A DNA stretch of 64,000 bases. Source: Psammoneis japonica (Eukaryota). The translations under genes were made by a program, and so were the position numbers. Of the stretch, positions 36,421-50,152 are shown in pieces (within the stretch, counting starts at the first letter, position 1; the number at the start of each line of letters is the position of its first letter). The notes beneath the pieces were generated by a model. That model was given only the letters and a program-made list of their open reading frames with translations. It searched no databases and had not been told where the DNA came from. Location: NCBI GenBank assembly GCA_008632985.1, contig QPGO01000008.1:62001-126000 (forward strand), written 5' to 3'.

Positions 36421-38669
36421 TCAGTCTTCCAATGCTCCGTTGCCCATGTGAGGAGGTTCGCTTGGTCGCTCTCCGCGTGGTTGTTGTGATGGTCTGCAAC
36501 ACAACCACAATTGGAATTGCACTGCCCTTTCAAGTGGTGTGGGAGGCACCGTGGGTTTCCTTGCACATCGACCGGCAATGCGACTCCGTTCTGGGTGCAA
36601 CGCCATTTCACCTCACGTGACCCAACATTGGGACAATCGCGGACGGCATTAAAACGTTCGTTGCACTGGGGGTTGCGCACTGGCGTGTTGTCGCCCGGTG
36701 CGCCTGGACGGGGATTTTGTGCAGTGCTGCTCACTGGTTGTGATGCTGAGGGGATCATGGCAGCTGGGGCAGGTGCGTTCCCGGCCACCAATGTGATGGT
36801 CGGGGGCAACGTGCAGCACCAAGAATCGTTCCCCTTCAAGTGTTGCCAACCACCCGGCGTGCATGGAATGGAGCTGCAGCATTGCAGGCCGTCTCCTGCA
36901 GCCGGAACCATGACATGAGCTCCACCTGCACACAGCGCTGGATGTCCACCACTGGCGTTGGGTTCTGCGAGCACTCCACAGCTGAATCCTCGGCGTGGGT
37001 GTCCAGGTCCTCGCGAGAATCTGTGAAGCACCTGACCACAGGGTGACCCATGCCCAGCAGGGTTGCCAGTGCGACGCGTGCACTCTCCATGCAGCATTGG
37101 AGCGATTCGATCGTGGTGGTCACGCGAGCGTCGTCTGGTGTTTCCAGCACCATGGTGTCGGCAAGACTGGGCCGACTGTCACCGCGTGAATTTGGCGGCA
37201 CATGGCAGAACGGTGAGCAATCTGCTGCGCTTGCTCCGGGGTTGTGAGGCTGAATTGATGCGGGTTGACTCCTTGTGCGGGATCATCCCCATTGTCCCCA
37301 GCAAAGTTGAGACTCATCAATTTCGACACCAAACTGACAGTGACTGGGATGCGAAACCGCACTCCCAGGGCGTGGCGTGTCTCGTCCACTGCATTCTGGA
37401 CCTCCGCAATGCACCCCGCCTTGGAAGCCCACACGAGACGTGGCCACACAGGTGGCAGCTGATCCTCAGTGTACACTTGGCAGAGCCGCGTGAGCTTGCA
37501 CACGCCCAGATCGCCGAACGCCTGCACCGGCGTCTTTCCTTGTTCAGCTGCCCACTGGCGAGCCTGCGCGTCAATGCGTGACTGACGTTGCTCGGCAGTG
37601 AGTCCATCGATTGCCCTCACCACTGGTGCAATGTGATGGGGCGGGAGCACCAAATCGTTGCGCCCTGGCAGGTCCAGATTGACCTTCTGGTCGAAGTGCC
37701 GAATGAGCGCCGCATTCGGTGGTTGTGGCAAGACTGGCCACTCCCGTGTCACTGCAGACACGTTGGGGTCCACCGCCGTGGTGGTGCAAGCCACCTTGAG
37801 ACAACCCAACAAAGGGCGCAATGCGCCCACCTTGTTCCCAGCCGTTGCCGCTCCCAGAATTCATGTGAATGCCTGCTTGGGCGGCAACCCCCCGGGAAGA
37901 AGTGTGTCACGCAGGCGAAGGGGACATGCATCACAAATCGCGCGCGCACTTCTGCCGTGTTCACTGCGTTGGGGTCAGCCGGGCCCACCAAACCTTCAGG
38001 GTGTGCCGTGATCTTCGTGGCCATCCCAGCATCGTCCAGGACAAATGCACCAGCGGCGGCGAGGCCCATCTCTTCCGGTGGGTGTGGCACCGCCGTAAAC
38101 TGGTTGGCGACCAGGTCCCCAGCTGGGGCACAGGTGTTTCCATCCCAAGGCTGAGTGGGTCCAATGACGGTGGTCGGGTGGGTGGAGATGCGATGACACA
38201 CTTGAACCGCCCCTGCATCCGGCGCGCCCTGCGTGCGGCAAAGGCGCGCCAACGCCATCGGCACGTTGTGTTCGGACGCCGCAGATGCCCTCTGCTCCAG
38301 GGCTTGTGGGTTGCATCGTGAGGGTCCTTGCACACGGGCAGCAAAATCAATCATGGGCTCAGTGTAGACTCCTTGGTGTGGGTCCTTGTTGTTTGCCGCG
38401 AAGCAATCGTGGCACGTCCTGAGGTTTCCCTGTTGCGGAACCGGGGCTGCGTCGGCTTGCTGCGCTGGTTGGGCAGCTGCCTGTGGCTGTGTGCCCGGCC
38501 CCCCTTGTGGTGCTTGGCACGCGGGTACACCCAGTGGTGGCTGAGCCGGTTGTCCTGCTGGTGGCACAGGGTGCACCGGCGGAGGCGGTACATTCGGCGG
38601 TGGTTGTGGCGGTTGCCCGGGCGGTTGCCCGCCCCCTTGGTTCATGGCGTTTGGTGGCTCGTTGTTCAT
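36421..38669 (-). pseudogene. gag-like ORF of the YR element, frame-broken, with C-terminal Cys/His finger
   Basis: Pro/Gln-rich N-terminus from ATG 38669; segments 37749-38669 and 37120-37830; CLPHHLKGQCNSNCGCVADH near 36500. Confidence 0.65.
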
Positions 38670-38740
38670 GCTACGAACTGCGTCTACTTCTTTCTGCGAT
38701 AGGGCAAAGATGGCGGAGGTATCCTGCGTCGCGGTCTTAT

Positions 38741-38911
38741 AGCGATTAAACTATGCTAACGACAGCGGCTTGTCTTTGTCGATCATGAAAGAATGAGACA
38801 AGCCGGTGATCGAGGAAAACAACAACCAACCTTTACAGCACGTTCAACGTGCGTACGTGGTTCAATAGGTAATGGGTCTTCTCCCCGATTCTGGCACTGG
38901 ATGAGGACAGC
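38741..38911. repeat. 5' terminal direct repeat of the YR element
   Basis: Copy of 32646-32816 that retains three additional TA dinucleotides. Confidence 0.92.
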
Positions 38912-39055
38912 TACTCGAGAGTAGAGCTAGCTTAGAGCAAGACTAGGCCTCTAGATTGCAAGGATTGCTACCTGATAAACAAGCTTCGAACTCACGAATA
39001 CTAGATTTTGGGTTCTGTAGCAGTGGGTGAGTGATGATGCGATGATACTTTTTTC

Positions 39056-41876
39056 TTATTTCTTGGTTAGCGGGAGAACCTTTGCGTCTATTCTCTCTAC
39101 TCTCCGGCCATGTGTATCCAGTGCAAGCTCGATTATTTTTGCTTTTTCGCTTATCGAATTGGTTGTTTCTGTCCCATCACCCCCCAGACCGCCACCTATC
39201 GAAGACGGCACTTCAATGGTCGTATTTTGAGAGAAAAACAACAATTCTGACCAACCCTGATAGTGAACTTCGACTTGGACCAGATACTCCATACCGTTTC
39301 GAAGTGCTTCCACAAGGGCACCGAAATCACCAAGTGCTTTCGTCTTGCGATAGATTCCTGATGGCCCGGGCTCCATGGTATTGAATGTCGCAGAATTTTT
39401 GCCCGTCTGTACAGTATCATTCAATCCAATAGTCACTAACCCAGGGTTAGAAAGAAACACATACTTGGAGTCGTCCCCGGATGGATTAAATGGAAGGCCG
39501 CCACCGCGAACCGGGTCGTAGTTCAGAGTCCCGTACTTTTGATAGTCGTTCGAACGGCAATAGTTCAATAGGTACCCTGGTTCAAAGTCAAAATCGTCAC
39601 AGTACGGTGGCATGGCTTTTGTTAGAGCCTGCCATGTACAACAGGTGAAACGAGTATTGACTGCCCCTGTTGGTCTGCTCAACACATTCATCACGGACGC
39701 GCCCGAAACGTAGTATTCGTTGTTTTTGCAGCCGGCGACACACGTGACATCTTCGTAACCATCTGGTGTATTTCCAATCAGGTCTTCCCACTTTGTGCAA
39801 TTGCTGGTGATGCGCAGTTTGCTCTGGTGGACTTGCCGTTCCCGTAGGAGTATTCATCGGCTAGTTCGAACAACGAGTGTCCTAGTTCATGAACTGCAAC
39901 CAGGGCTCCCTTTGGATGCGTGGTTGTCGTAGCTACGTTCGATGAAGTGTAACCCGCTCCGCCGTACCTTTTTAGTATGGAGAAAATACCGTAGAACGAA
40001 TCATCAGACCGTTGTTTCATTGCACAACAAAACTAACAAAAGTATGAAATCAACCTCAACCTACCTCTGTTCATTGTGAATCACTATAGTCTGCAAAGAA
40101 TTGCTGCCGGGAGGAAAGCACTTTTGCGACAGCTTCCGAACCTCGGGGATGTCACAGCCTGTTATTTGAACGGCTTCAAAGGTTAACATCTTTGCAGCGT
40201 TGCACACAGAAACGTCGCTAGACTATTGTAGATCAACTTACACAGGAGGCGCGCAACATTGCCACAATTGTATTCGCATATCGAGGGGGTAAGATCAACT
40301 GGATCAACAAAGAAAGCGTTGTACTGTCGATTGTCTTCTGCGAACATTGTAAAATCACGGAAGGTCTTGAACGTATCACGGACTTGAGATTGCCACGCTT
40401 CACGACTCGTGGTGTTAAATTTTGACCCGACAAAAACAAGATTGACCTTGTTTTCATCGAAAGCTGTCCCGTATTCATGTTTTAGAGGATAGCAGTCCGG
40501 TGATGCCATACAAGCCCCGTTTCGGCAAGTACCAGAAATGCAATCATCATGGCTCGAACAAATTTTACCGGTGCCATCCGCTTTCTTGGCAGCAGATTTT
40601 GCTTGTATTGTCGGTGATATTGTAGGCAGAGACGTTGGGAGGCTGGTAGGCTCAAACGTTGTGGGAACCATCGTTGGAGACACCGTTGGGAGCTTTGTCG
40701 GTCGTTGCGTTGGAAATGGAGTGGGGACCATTGTTGGAGACATCGTTGGCGGCTTTGTCGGGCGTTTGGTTGGAAATGAAGTGGGCTCAGCAGTGGGGGA
40801 CACAGTAGGCGCTCTGGTCGGTTCATCGGTTGACATTCTCGTTGGTAAAAAGGTAGGAGACAACGTTGGACTAATCCTAGGCGATAACGTTGGAAGTGAA
40901 GTTGGTCCCATCTTAGACGATCGCGTTGGAGTTGAAGTCGGTGCACCGGTCGGGGACACGGTAGACGCGGGTGCTCGTTCCGTTGTTTTCGAGGGAGTTT
41001 CTGGGACTTGGACAGTGGTTCTCATGGTTGGAACTACTGTTGGCGCCAAAGTCGGCTTCTTTTTCTTAGGAGATGCATTTCCTTCAATGTCCTTTACACA
41101 ATTCTCGATGTTATGACAGTCCCAGAATGCACACTTCTGTTCCTTTCCCGGCAGTGGGGTATGAAAGCAATTGTTCCGATTACACCGACGACATATGACC
41201 GACGGAGAAGGCGTGGGAGCGGGAGTTTTAAGAGACGGAGTTGGAAATGGCGTGTTATGACTTGTGGGTAACAACGTCGGCGCAGCTGTCAAAGCGATGC
41301 CATCTTCTGAACTGCTGGCACCGGGTGTCAAATTCACGTATCCTTCACAATAACTCCGAGAAGCACAATCCCATTTTGCACATTTTCTCTCCTCTCTTTC
41401 CTCAATTGGACCTTTAAAACAATTGTTCCGAGAGCACCTCATACAAAAGTCAGGTGCTGGTGCTGGTGTCGCCTGCGTCCGTTGGGGGGCCGGAGTCGGC
41501 ACGTCGTTGATACTGAAATGATTCTTTTTGCAAATGCTTTCCAGAGCATAGCAACTTAGTTCCACACAGGATTGTTTTTCTGTAGATGTACTAGTCTCAA
41601 AACATTTTCGTTTTTCACATTTAGCGCACAGATGGCACTGTCGTCGTTTCTGCTTTGTAAATGAGGCGCATGGACCTTCTTCTGTTTGCAAAGTTCGCAG
41701 CGAGGTTTGATGTGTCTCCAACGGCGCTGTCAGAATAGACGAAGCAATAACCAAGTAAGCAATCAAGTCTACTAATGAAAAAACAATAGCAAAGAAGACT
41801 ACTGACCTTGTTCTAGAGAAGCAGTTGCCAGAACGATCCCCGCTAGAACAAAAAAACAGAGCGATGTAGTTCCCAT
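39056..41876 (-). CDS. Secreted peptidase-M64-like metalloprotease, paralog 5; spliced
   Basis: Signal exon MGTTSLCFFVLAGIVLATASLEQ spliced in phase 1 to APLETHQ; KVNLVFVGSKF; HELGHSLFELADEY. Confidence 0.85.
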
Positions 41877-42361
41877 TCTCAAAGTCTCCTGTTCTTGTGG
41901 CGGTTGTCGTCTTCTGGATTTCAATCAAATAGAACGGCTCTCCCAGCTGCCTATTCAATAACTCGGTCAGAATGACATTCAGTTTGCCGACAAGGTATCG
42001 GATCGGCACCCCCAGCCGGGGAAAAAATGGGAAGAGCGAAGAGAACTTGGTTTTGATGACCGATTGATATTTTTCACTTACGCCAGTCCCGTTAGCCACC
42101 ATTGAGACGTTTCTTTTATTTAAGATATGGTCATCTATGACAAGTTTGATTGATAATTTCTTTCGCTTCAAGTCATGCGCGGAGCCAGCACACGATGATG
42201 TTTTTGACCCAATTCCCTTTGCAGGGAACGACTGCTGTTCCTCCAGTGCCTTAGTATTTCTTGGCGGCACAACATAATACTGTAAGTTTAGCTACTAGAT
42301 TCCTACACATTCAGATGACGTGACTCACAAAAGAAAAGGAAGGCCTTGAAATAGGAGGAAT

Positions 42362-42616
42362 GAACCATCCAAAGTCATGAGGTAGCATTGACCAAGAAGG
42401 CTCCACCTTCGGTACAGCGAAAGGTCCAAAGATACTTCCGCAAACTCCCTCTCTAGTAGTTACTCTTGTATTCTAGATAGCCAGATCCGAACCATCCAAA
42501 GTCATGAGGTAGCATTGACCAATGAGGCTCCGCCTTCGGTACAGCGAAAGGTCCAAAGATACTTCCGAAGCTCGCATCCCTCTCTAGAGTAGTTACTCTT
42601 GTATTCTATACAGCCA
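42362..42616. repeat. Two-copy tandem duplication, period 127 bp
   Basis: GAACCATCCAAAGTCATGAGGTAGCATTGACCAA...AGCCA starts at 42362 and at 42489. Confidence 0.9.
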
Positions 42617-42704
42617 TGAAACTCAGAATTTAAAAAGCAGATCGGTCTTCTGCGACAATAGAAACCCCACGTCTCAAAGCAATGAATAAGAGAATGCCCG
42701 ATCT

Positions 42705-44977
42705 TTACAAGCGCTCAAGCTGTACAACGACTCTGTCCACTTCTCGCCCCTTGGTATCGAGTGCCAGATCTAACACGTCTGTCTTTTCTGAAATAGTTAG
42801 AGGTCCGATTGGTGGAGGCGGAAAACCTTCATTATCATCATTGGATACAACGCTCGGAGGCACTTCAACTGTCGAATTTGCGGCAAAGAACAAGGTATCG
42901 TGGGAATTCCCAACATAATGTATCTTGATTCTGACAATTGATTCAATGCCTGCATTTTCTGCTTGCAGCCTGCTAGAAAAATCACCAAGCACTTTGCATT
43001 TGCGATACAAACCAGGTTCGCCATAAACAGGTTCCTTCAGGATAATGGCACCCATTTTCCCCTTGTGTAATGCAACGCTCGCAATCAATGGTCGCTCAAG
43101 AAAGATGTAGTTCGTTCCTTCTACGTCTGTACCAGAGGAGGTGCATTAATCCCAATAGGTCCTTCGGCATAGTTAGCTTTTCCATATCCTTGATAGTCGT
43201 TCTCTTTGCAATAATTGAATAGATAGTTCGGCGAAATATCGAAGACCCTGCAATAGCTCGGCATCGATTTCGAAAGGGCTAAGTACGTGCAACAGGTGAA
43301 ACGCTCATTCCTTCAAAAGATGTATATGTACAGTATATAACCATGGTTAGCCGAAATTGCACAGGTCATCCAAAGCAAACCGCAGCGGTTCTGATAACTT
43401 ACACAGCTCCCACTGGAAGATCAAGCTGACCCATGAACGAAAATTCGGGCATGAAGAACTGCGAACCTGCACAACCAGGTACGCACGACACTGGATCGTA
43501 CCCTCTTGGCCTATCTTTGATCAAATCTCTCCATTTGGTGCACTCGCCAGTGTTATCGCAATTGGGACTATGTGGCGCACCATTACCCGATGAATATTCG
43601 TCTGCGAGCTCAAATAACGAGTGACCAAGCTCGTGAACGGCAACTAACGGCCCAGATGGATGTAAAGATGTGGTTGCCAAGTTCGACAACGTGTAACCGG
43701 CGCCACCATACCTAGAAAAACGAATCACGACCGTCAGGTTGGCTCATTGCAAAACGATACTAACCAAAACAAAGAAAATAAACTTACTTCTCATCATTGT
43801 GTATGACAACCGTTTGCAAGTATTCGGTAGTTGGAAAGCTGCGTAATGGAAAAGAGAGGGGTCAGACTGCTATCAAAATGACAATCATTATTTACTTTCA
43901 CTGGGCCCTCATACCATTTGTTTGCTAGCGCTCGTGCTTTAGATATATCGCAGCTTGGCAGAAAGTGGCAAGCAGGAGTGAGTACAAGAATGCTAAAGGA
44001 GACAAGTAGCGTATTTCGGAGACCTACCAAAGGAGACGATCGACGCCCTGGCACCCATAGTAACAAAAGGACTCATCCAGCCTGCGTGGCATTGTATAAA
44101 AAACATTGAACTGGGGGTTCTTGACGGAGAACATTTTGAAGCGTGGGTTAGTGAAAGCGCCGTACGTCGAATTGACGTGTCTCTGCCATTCGCTGCGACC
44201 TGCAGAATCGAATCCGGACCCAACGAAGACGATGTTGATCTTGTTCTTGTCGAACGGAACCCCAAAGTCATGCTTTAGCGGATAACAGGCCCGTGAAGCC
44301 ATACAAACTCCATCCCGACACGTTCTTGACTTGCATTCTCCATCGTTGCGACACTTCGTACCAGCACGTTTTCTGGGGGTGCCATTGGGCTTAGGGCCAT
44401 CTTCTTTGGGTTTACCAATATCCGTAGGAGCCTGTTTCTTTTTCACACAGACTCTAGGGCAATCAAAAAGTCCTGAACAGCCATACCTCTCGCACCTGAA
44501 TTCCTGCTTCTCTGTCAGCTCATCTTCAAAACAACCGCCACACGTGCACCTTTTACACCGGAGATTCTTGCAATCCAAGGAATTGCAGTCCCATATCTTA
44601 TCGCATTCAAACTTTCGTTTTCGTAGAATCGTTTTCTTGAAGCACCGTTTCTTCATACAAAAGTCGCAATCAACGTTCACCGTCCGCCGTCCAACTGTTT
44701 GTAGGACTTCCCCGAGCAACGTCATCAAACCGAAGAAGGAGCAGAAAGAGAGGGCGTTGTACGCACGTCAGTGTCATTTGATAAAAGAGAAGCCAGAAAG
44801 CGGCAACGAAGGGACGCTTTTTGCCGATATTCCATCACCACTGACAGTAAGGATGACAAAAAACTTTCAGTCCTGATGTTTTTACCTACCTTCAAGTCTC
44901 TCAGCAGCTGCTGGCAACGCAATAACCAACCACAAACTGGCCAAGACTGCCACTCGAGAAAAGTGGTTCAGGACCAT
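42705..44977 (-). CDS. Secreted peptidase-M64-like metalloprotease, paralog 6; almost no stalk, intron-rich, frame break near 43135
   Basis: Signal MVLNHFSRVAVLASLWLVIALPAAA; KINIVFVGSGF; HELGHSLFELADEY; the frame shifts between INAPP and SGTDVEGTNYIF. Confidence 0.8.
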
Positions 44978-45455
44978 GTTGCAATCGAGCGGCCGTAAAT
45001 TTCAAGACGGGGAGGAAGTACTGGAAGGTGTGAACGCTTTGCCACTCGTGTTGATAATGAAGAATGAAGTGGTTCACAAACTGTGCTTCCCTCCCAAAAC
45101 AGATGAGAGATCAGCAACCGCGCAAACTCAAGTCGTGCCTGGCTCGTACCGTACATTTTCGTAGGAAGTCAGTACATTACGTCATCAGTCATACAATTGT
45201 GGTCAAATTTGTCATCTCTGTTGCCTATAAATGTTACTTAACAGGAAAATACTTTTCAAATTCGAAAATCATAGACATGGACATATTGATATTTAACACC
45301 TTACATGACTTATACGACGGAATGAAATGATTATCATTGACAATGTTAAGAACGGTTATATTTGAATGATCAATAAGTGTTGAGCTCACATTGTCGAATG
45401 ATGATGGATCCGAAGAATGATCGAGGGTCCGGCAAAGTGTAATCTTGTCCATAGT

Positions 45456-47412
45456 TTATTGTTTGCTCTCTTTGCGATATCTGCTAGTTTCAATAATTTT
45501 CACCTTGATCCTTTCAATCTGGTCGCCTTTTGGATCCAGCACGATCTCGAGAAAGTCCGATTTCGCAGATACACGACGAGAGGGAACGTCGCCCCTTCCT
45601 CGGCCTGGCACTGGAGGCACGCCAATCAACTCATTGTGCGAAAACAAAAGCACCTCCTTCCGTCTTCCATAGACAACCTTTACTTTCACCACCGTGTCGG
45701 CGCCTTCATCGATCGCCTCCATGACATTACCATAGTCACCGCGGATTTTGCTCTTAAGAAAAAGGTTTGTCGCCCCCTTTGACGTTTCAATGGAATAAGT
45801 ATCCCCTGCTGTAAGGCGAATGGCCGCCAAGGTTGGATTTAACACTTTCATATATCGGGCATCTTCTTCGTCGCTGGAATCAGAAGAATAAGAATCATTA
45901 GAATCTTTGGAATCCAACTCGCGGTGATGACCCGATATCCCGCGGTTGTAATTTGAGTATCCATATCTCTGGTAGTCGTTCCTTCGACAGTAGTTCAGTA
46001 AATAATCCGTTGAAAAATCAAATACGTTGCAGTAGGATGGCATGGCTCCCGTTAAAGCTTGAAACGTGCAGCAAGTGAATCGTTCGTTGACAGCGCCCAC
46101 GTTTTTACCCAAGGCATGCATGTAAGACTGCCCGGAAATATAGAACTTTCCTCCCTGACAACCTCGCGTACACGTTACTGGACTATAGCCGGTAATCCTT
46201 CTTCCAATAAGGTCAGACCATTTTTCACAACGACTGGAGGCGGAACAGTTTGGCCGATCAGCAGTCCCTCTGGCTGTCGTGTATTCGTCAGTCAACTCAA
46301 ATAACGAGTGACCTAGTTCATGAATCGCAACATCCGGCCCATCTTCATTAATGGATGTCGTTGCCAAATTCGAGGACGAATAACCCGCACCGCCGTATTG
46401 CTTGTCATTGTGTATTACAACGGTTTGAAGTGTGTCACCGGTAGGGAAGCTGGAAGATAGAGAAGAGAAACCATTTGGATAAGAAGATCGGCGAATAGAC
46501 AACAGTTCAGAATTGAGTATACCATAACGTACCACATGTTGGAGAGTTGTCTGGCAGTATGTAAGTCACAACATAGCAACCGATCTACCCCTCTGCAATT
46601 AAAATGACAAAAAGACGAATCCAACTTTGGTGGATCCACATAAAAGACATTGAGCTGGTCATTGTCTTCTGAAAACATATTATAATTGGCAAACGCCGCG
46701 TATGTCTTTGTGACTTGTGATTGCCACTGTGAATGGGTTTTCGTGTTAAAGGCAGATCCCACAAAAACAAGATTCACTTTGTTCTCGTGGAATGCGGTGC
46801 CTTTCTTGTGCTTGAGTGGATAGCAGGCCGGTGTAGCCATACAAGCGCCATTCCGGCATGTGTTGGAAGCGCATTCCATATCAGAGCTGCAGACCTGTCC
46901 AGTTCCAAGGTATCGAGGCCTTATCACGGGCGTGGTTACCAGCACGGTAGGTGAAGGTGTCGCAGGGCGTGAATCAAATGGTGTTCTTGGAGACGACTCA
47001 CATTCTCTTCGACGTAAAAAGCAACCCCAATTTGTACATTTCTTTGCCATTGTTTCAGTAAGATTTCCGTTGTAACACAGTCGGCGGTTGCATCTTTGGC
47101 ATTGACTTCTTTCGCATTTTTCGATATCACATCCCCAGGTATTACACTGATTTGCTCTCTTTGTTCGTACATTGGGTCCAAAACATCCCTTTGACATGCA
47201 TCTTGTACAAGGCATTTCTAGAGTCATTCGATTATTCTGGACCGAGGAATTCCCAGCTACAAAGTTTCAGGAGGGAAAGAAAGGGTGAGTCACCGATTCT
47301 TGATACTCGCATGTATCATTTAGTCGAAAGAATTCGTTTTCTCACCTTCCAATGAACACACCGTGGCTACGACAAGTCCAAGTAGAACGAGCATCCTAAT
47401 GGCTGCCGACAT
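45456..47412 (-). CDS. Secreted peptidase-M64-like metalloprotease, paralog 7; spliced
   Basis: Signal MSAAIRMLVLLGLVVATVCS; KVNLVFVGSAF; HELGHSLFELTDEY. Confidence 0.85.
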
Positions 47413-47989
47413 TGTTGAACATCTAAAAATATTATTGATCATTGTCTTGTTATCACACGTAAAAAATGAAATGTGCGTTTCGGGAGGTATTGTACAGAGT
47501 CGTTTGCTGTGCAGCACTTCACAAACGAATTCTTTTTTGCGAATATTATGATCATGGGTTTGCCAATTTTGTCTTTTTGGTTGCTGTTATATAAAAAATA
47601 TGTCTTTCATTTTCCACGTTAAATAAAAAAGCCTATACAGAAACGATTATTCATAAGGTCTGAATGTATCATATCATAGCTTCTATTTAACAGCACATAT
47701 GGTAAAGAGAACCACGGCAATAATTACTGTAAGCTGGGAACCGAAGTTGTGAAATATAAAAAAAAACATGCAGATATATTTTTTGTTGATCTGTGCTACT
47801 CGTACCGTATGTAGGGCCCTACAGATACGGCGTGCGACATCGACAGACAGAGCTTTTCGCGCATGATCGTCGCGCGTTGCGACTATTCGAACGGAAGAGC
47901 GGTTGGCATTTTTTTACCTGGTGTGGGCAGCAGGTTTTGATTAACTCGACTCGAGCGAAGCGAGAGGAGTCGTCATGTCACAAAAGTAA

Positions 47990-49320
47990 CCCGGATGTTA
48001 AAGTGGGGAGAACTGACAACTGCACAAGCAACCATCATCAAAGGCAGCCGCACTCAAGGACAAGGAACAACATGTGAAGCAAAATGCAACATGCAGACAA
48101 GGAGCTTGTGCAGAAACAAAGTGTCCAGCCACACCAGCACCAGTGGAGGAGGCCACAAGAGGAGGCAGAGCAACGCGAGGAAGCAAGAAAAGAGAAGCCG
48201 CCACAGAGGGGACAAGAGCCTGCACAGAGGACAGCGGCATGTGCTGTGCATTGAAGAACCAAGTGGAAGGGGTGAACAGAATGCCCAAAAGGGGAAATTG
48301 TGAGACTCTGTTTTGGGAACTGAGAGCAAGCAGCTGCGAGATGCTTTGCAGCACAACCCAGCAAAAGCTTGTTGCCGCCCCGGCAGGCCAGCCAAGAATC
48401 TCTGTGTGTTGTCCATGACCAAGCAGCAGCACCATGAAAAGTGTTTCAACACCACTTTGGGGTGTGACCCAGTTGTCATTGAGAGCTGTGCCTTGCAAAA
48501 AACTGCTCCAGTGCTTGTCAGCAAATCTCCGAGCATGATGTGCAAAAGTGCCGGAGCTTGCTGAAGATGTCTCTCTGCTGCTGTGCTCTGCTTCTGTCAA
48601 ATGAGAGCACAAGCATGTGCTCCACAACCTCTTTGCAGAGCCAGGCAATTGTCTTTGCAGCTTTGGTGTTTGGCACAGAGCTCCAAGCACAGTGCTTTGC
48701 TGTGGCACCAACAATGTCGTGGGCAAGAGCAGCAGTGTCCACAGCAAAAAGCAGCTCTGCTTGCTGTGTGTTGGAGCAGCAAGCAGCCAGAGCAACAACA
48801 ACAAAAAGAAAAGATGAGAAGAGCAGAAGTTCGCAGGTGTGCAGCATCTGAGGTGCCCAGAAATGATCTCCAGCATGTGCCAGCACAAGACAAGCAGCAG
48901 CAAAAGCAGGGTGAGATGACAAAGGCTTGCTTTGATGAGGATGGCATGGGGGCACAAAGCCAAGAAGCTGCGCAGAGAGAAGCAAGCCAACTTGGTGCAG
49001 TCTTGGCACCAGGTGGTGGCTCAAGAGTGTGCGTCATTGTGCACAGCCACTGCTTGTGAGGCACCAGCCAAGAGCAGCAGCAGCGCTGGCCAGCTCCCAG
49101 GACGCTGCCAGAGCTCAGCCGGCCTCTTGCATTGTCAACTCAGAACACTTGCAAAAGAAGAAACAACAACAGAGAGACAGGAAGAAAGCAACAGCTGACA
49201 ACAGCAATTCTTTCTGCTTGGAATGCCATCACATTTTCTATGTTCACTGTCCCAGTTGCTTGCGTTAGACTGGCGACATTTGTGACACAAGATCCGTCTT
49301 CTCCGTGCGCACTGATGCGG
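47990..49320. repeat. TpA-depleted degenerate block, probably transposon-derived; boundaries approximate
   Basis: No TA seen by eye between about 48002 and 49235; Tyr-free ORFs in all frames. Confidence 0.6.
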
Positions 49321-49591
49321 CGGTTTAAAGCTGCGCTTGACTAACTTGATTAAAATGACAAAGGGCAATGTGTGATGACTCAAAAAAGTACTGTACCCAG
49401 TTAAGCATAAGTAAAAATTCGCCTTTGTGTGCGGTATAACCATGTTACGTCCTCCGCCTTATGTACAGTACGGTATAAAATTTGTACCGTACATAAGGCG
49501 CAATTACTTAGAGGATGACCTTCCACGTCAGCGTTGTCGTTATTTACGGTATCCGACACTGTTTGACGGCCTGCCGAGCGGTTGGCAATTA

Positions 49592-50152
49592 GGCTTATGG
49601 GTTTAGGGGGGAGCACTTCGCGATAAAAAGGGGAATCCCCCCGACAAAAAAAGCGGGGGCCCAGTTTTTGGAATACGTCATCACACTGCCTGTTAAACCT
49701 AGAGGGATCACACCCTACAGTGTAGGTTAAACCATCATCATGCGATCTATTGCACACATTAAACTACAGTCTGCTCTAGCTGGGCACATGGACAGGCCTT
49801 TTGTTGCATGCAAGAAGGAGAGAGAGTGTGGTCTTGTCTGAGAACTCTTGTTTGATTCTCATTGAACAAGTTCCTCAGGAGAGAAAAGACTCGTCTGCAG
49901 CAGGCGCATCATCCTCCATGGTATATTCGTTCAATGGTATCTTCTTGAAAAAGATGGCATCTGCCATTGCGGTTCGTTTGCGTGCACTGTGTGTACTAAC
50001 TGCACTGTGCACCATGCGCTCGTCGTGGTCCGTGCTACGTGGTACGGTACGTAGTACTTGGTACGTCCTAGTGGCTCATAACCCACCTCTCCAGACAAAA
50101 TAAACTGGGGAGCCCCAGCTCCAAGCCCAGCTCCCCCCTAAACCCATAAGCC
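49592..50152. mobile_element. Non-autonomous TIR element (MITE), 561 bp
   Basis: Perfect 23-bp TIR GGCTTATGGGTTTAGGGGGGAGC (49592-49614 / 50130-50152), flanked by TA on both sides. Confidence 0.8.

Larger units (their letters stand above)
32646..38911 (-). mobile_element. Tyrosine-recombinase retrotransposon (DIRS/Ngaro group), full length, hypermutated
   Basis: gag-like, RT/RNase H and YR reading frames lie between two 171-bp direct repeats. Confidence 0.9.

Noticed and set aside
41877..42270. N-terminal extension of the 695-aa ORF of paralog 5
   Set aside because: A signal-peptide exon from ATG 41876 with a phase-1 intron fits the family pattern better.
43120..43150. Paralog 6 as a pseudogene
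   Set aside because: There is only one 1-nt break and all motifs are intact; it cannot be distinguished from assembly error.
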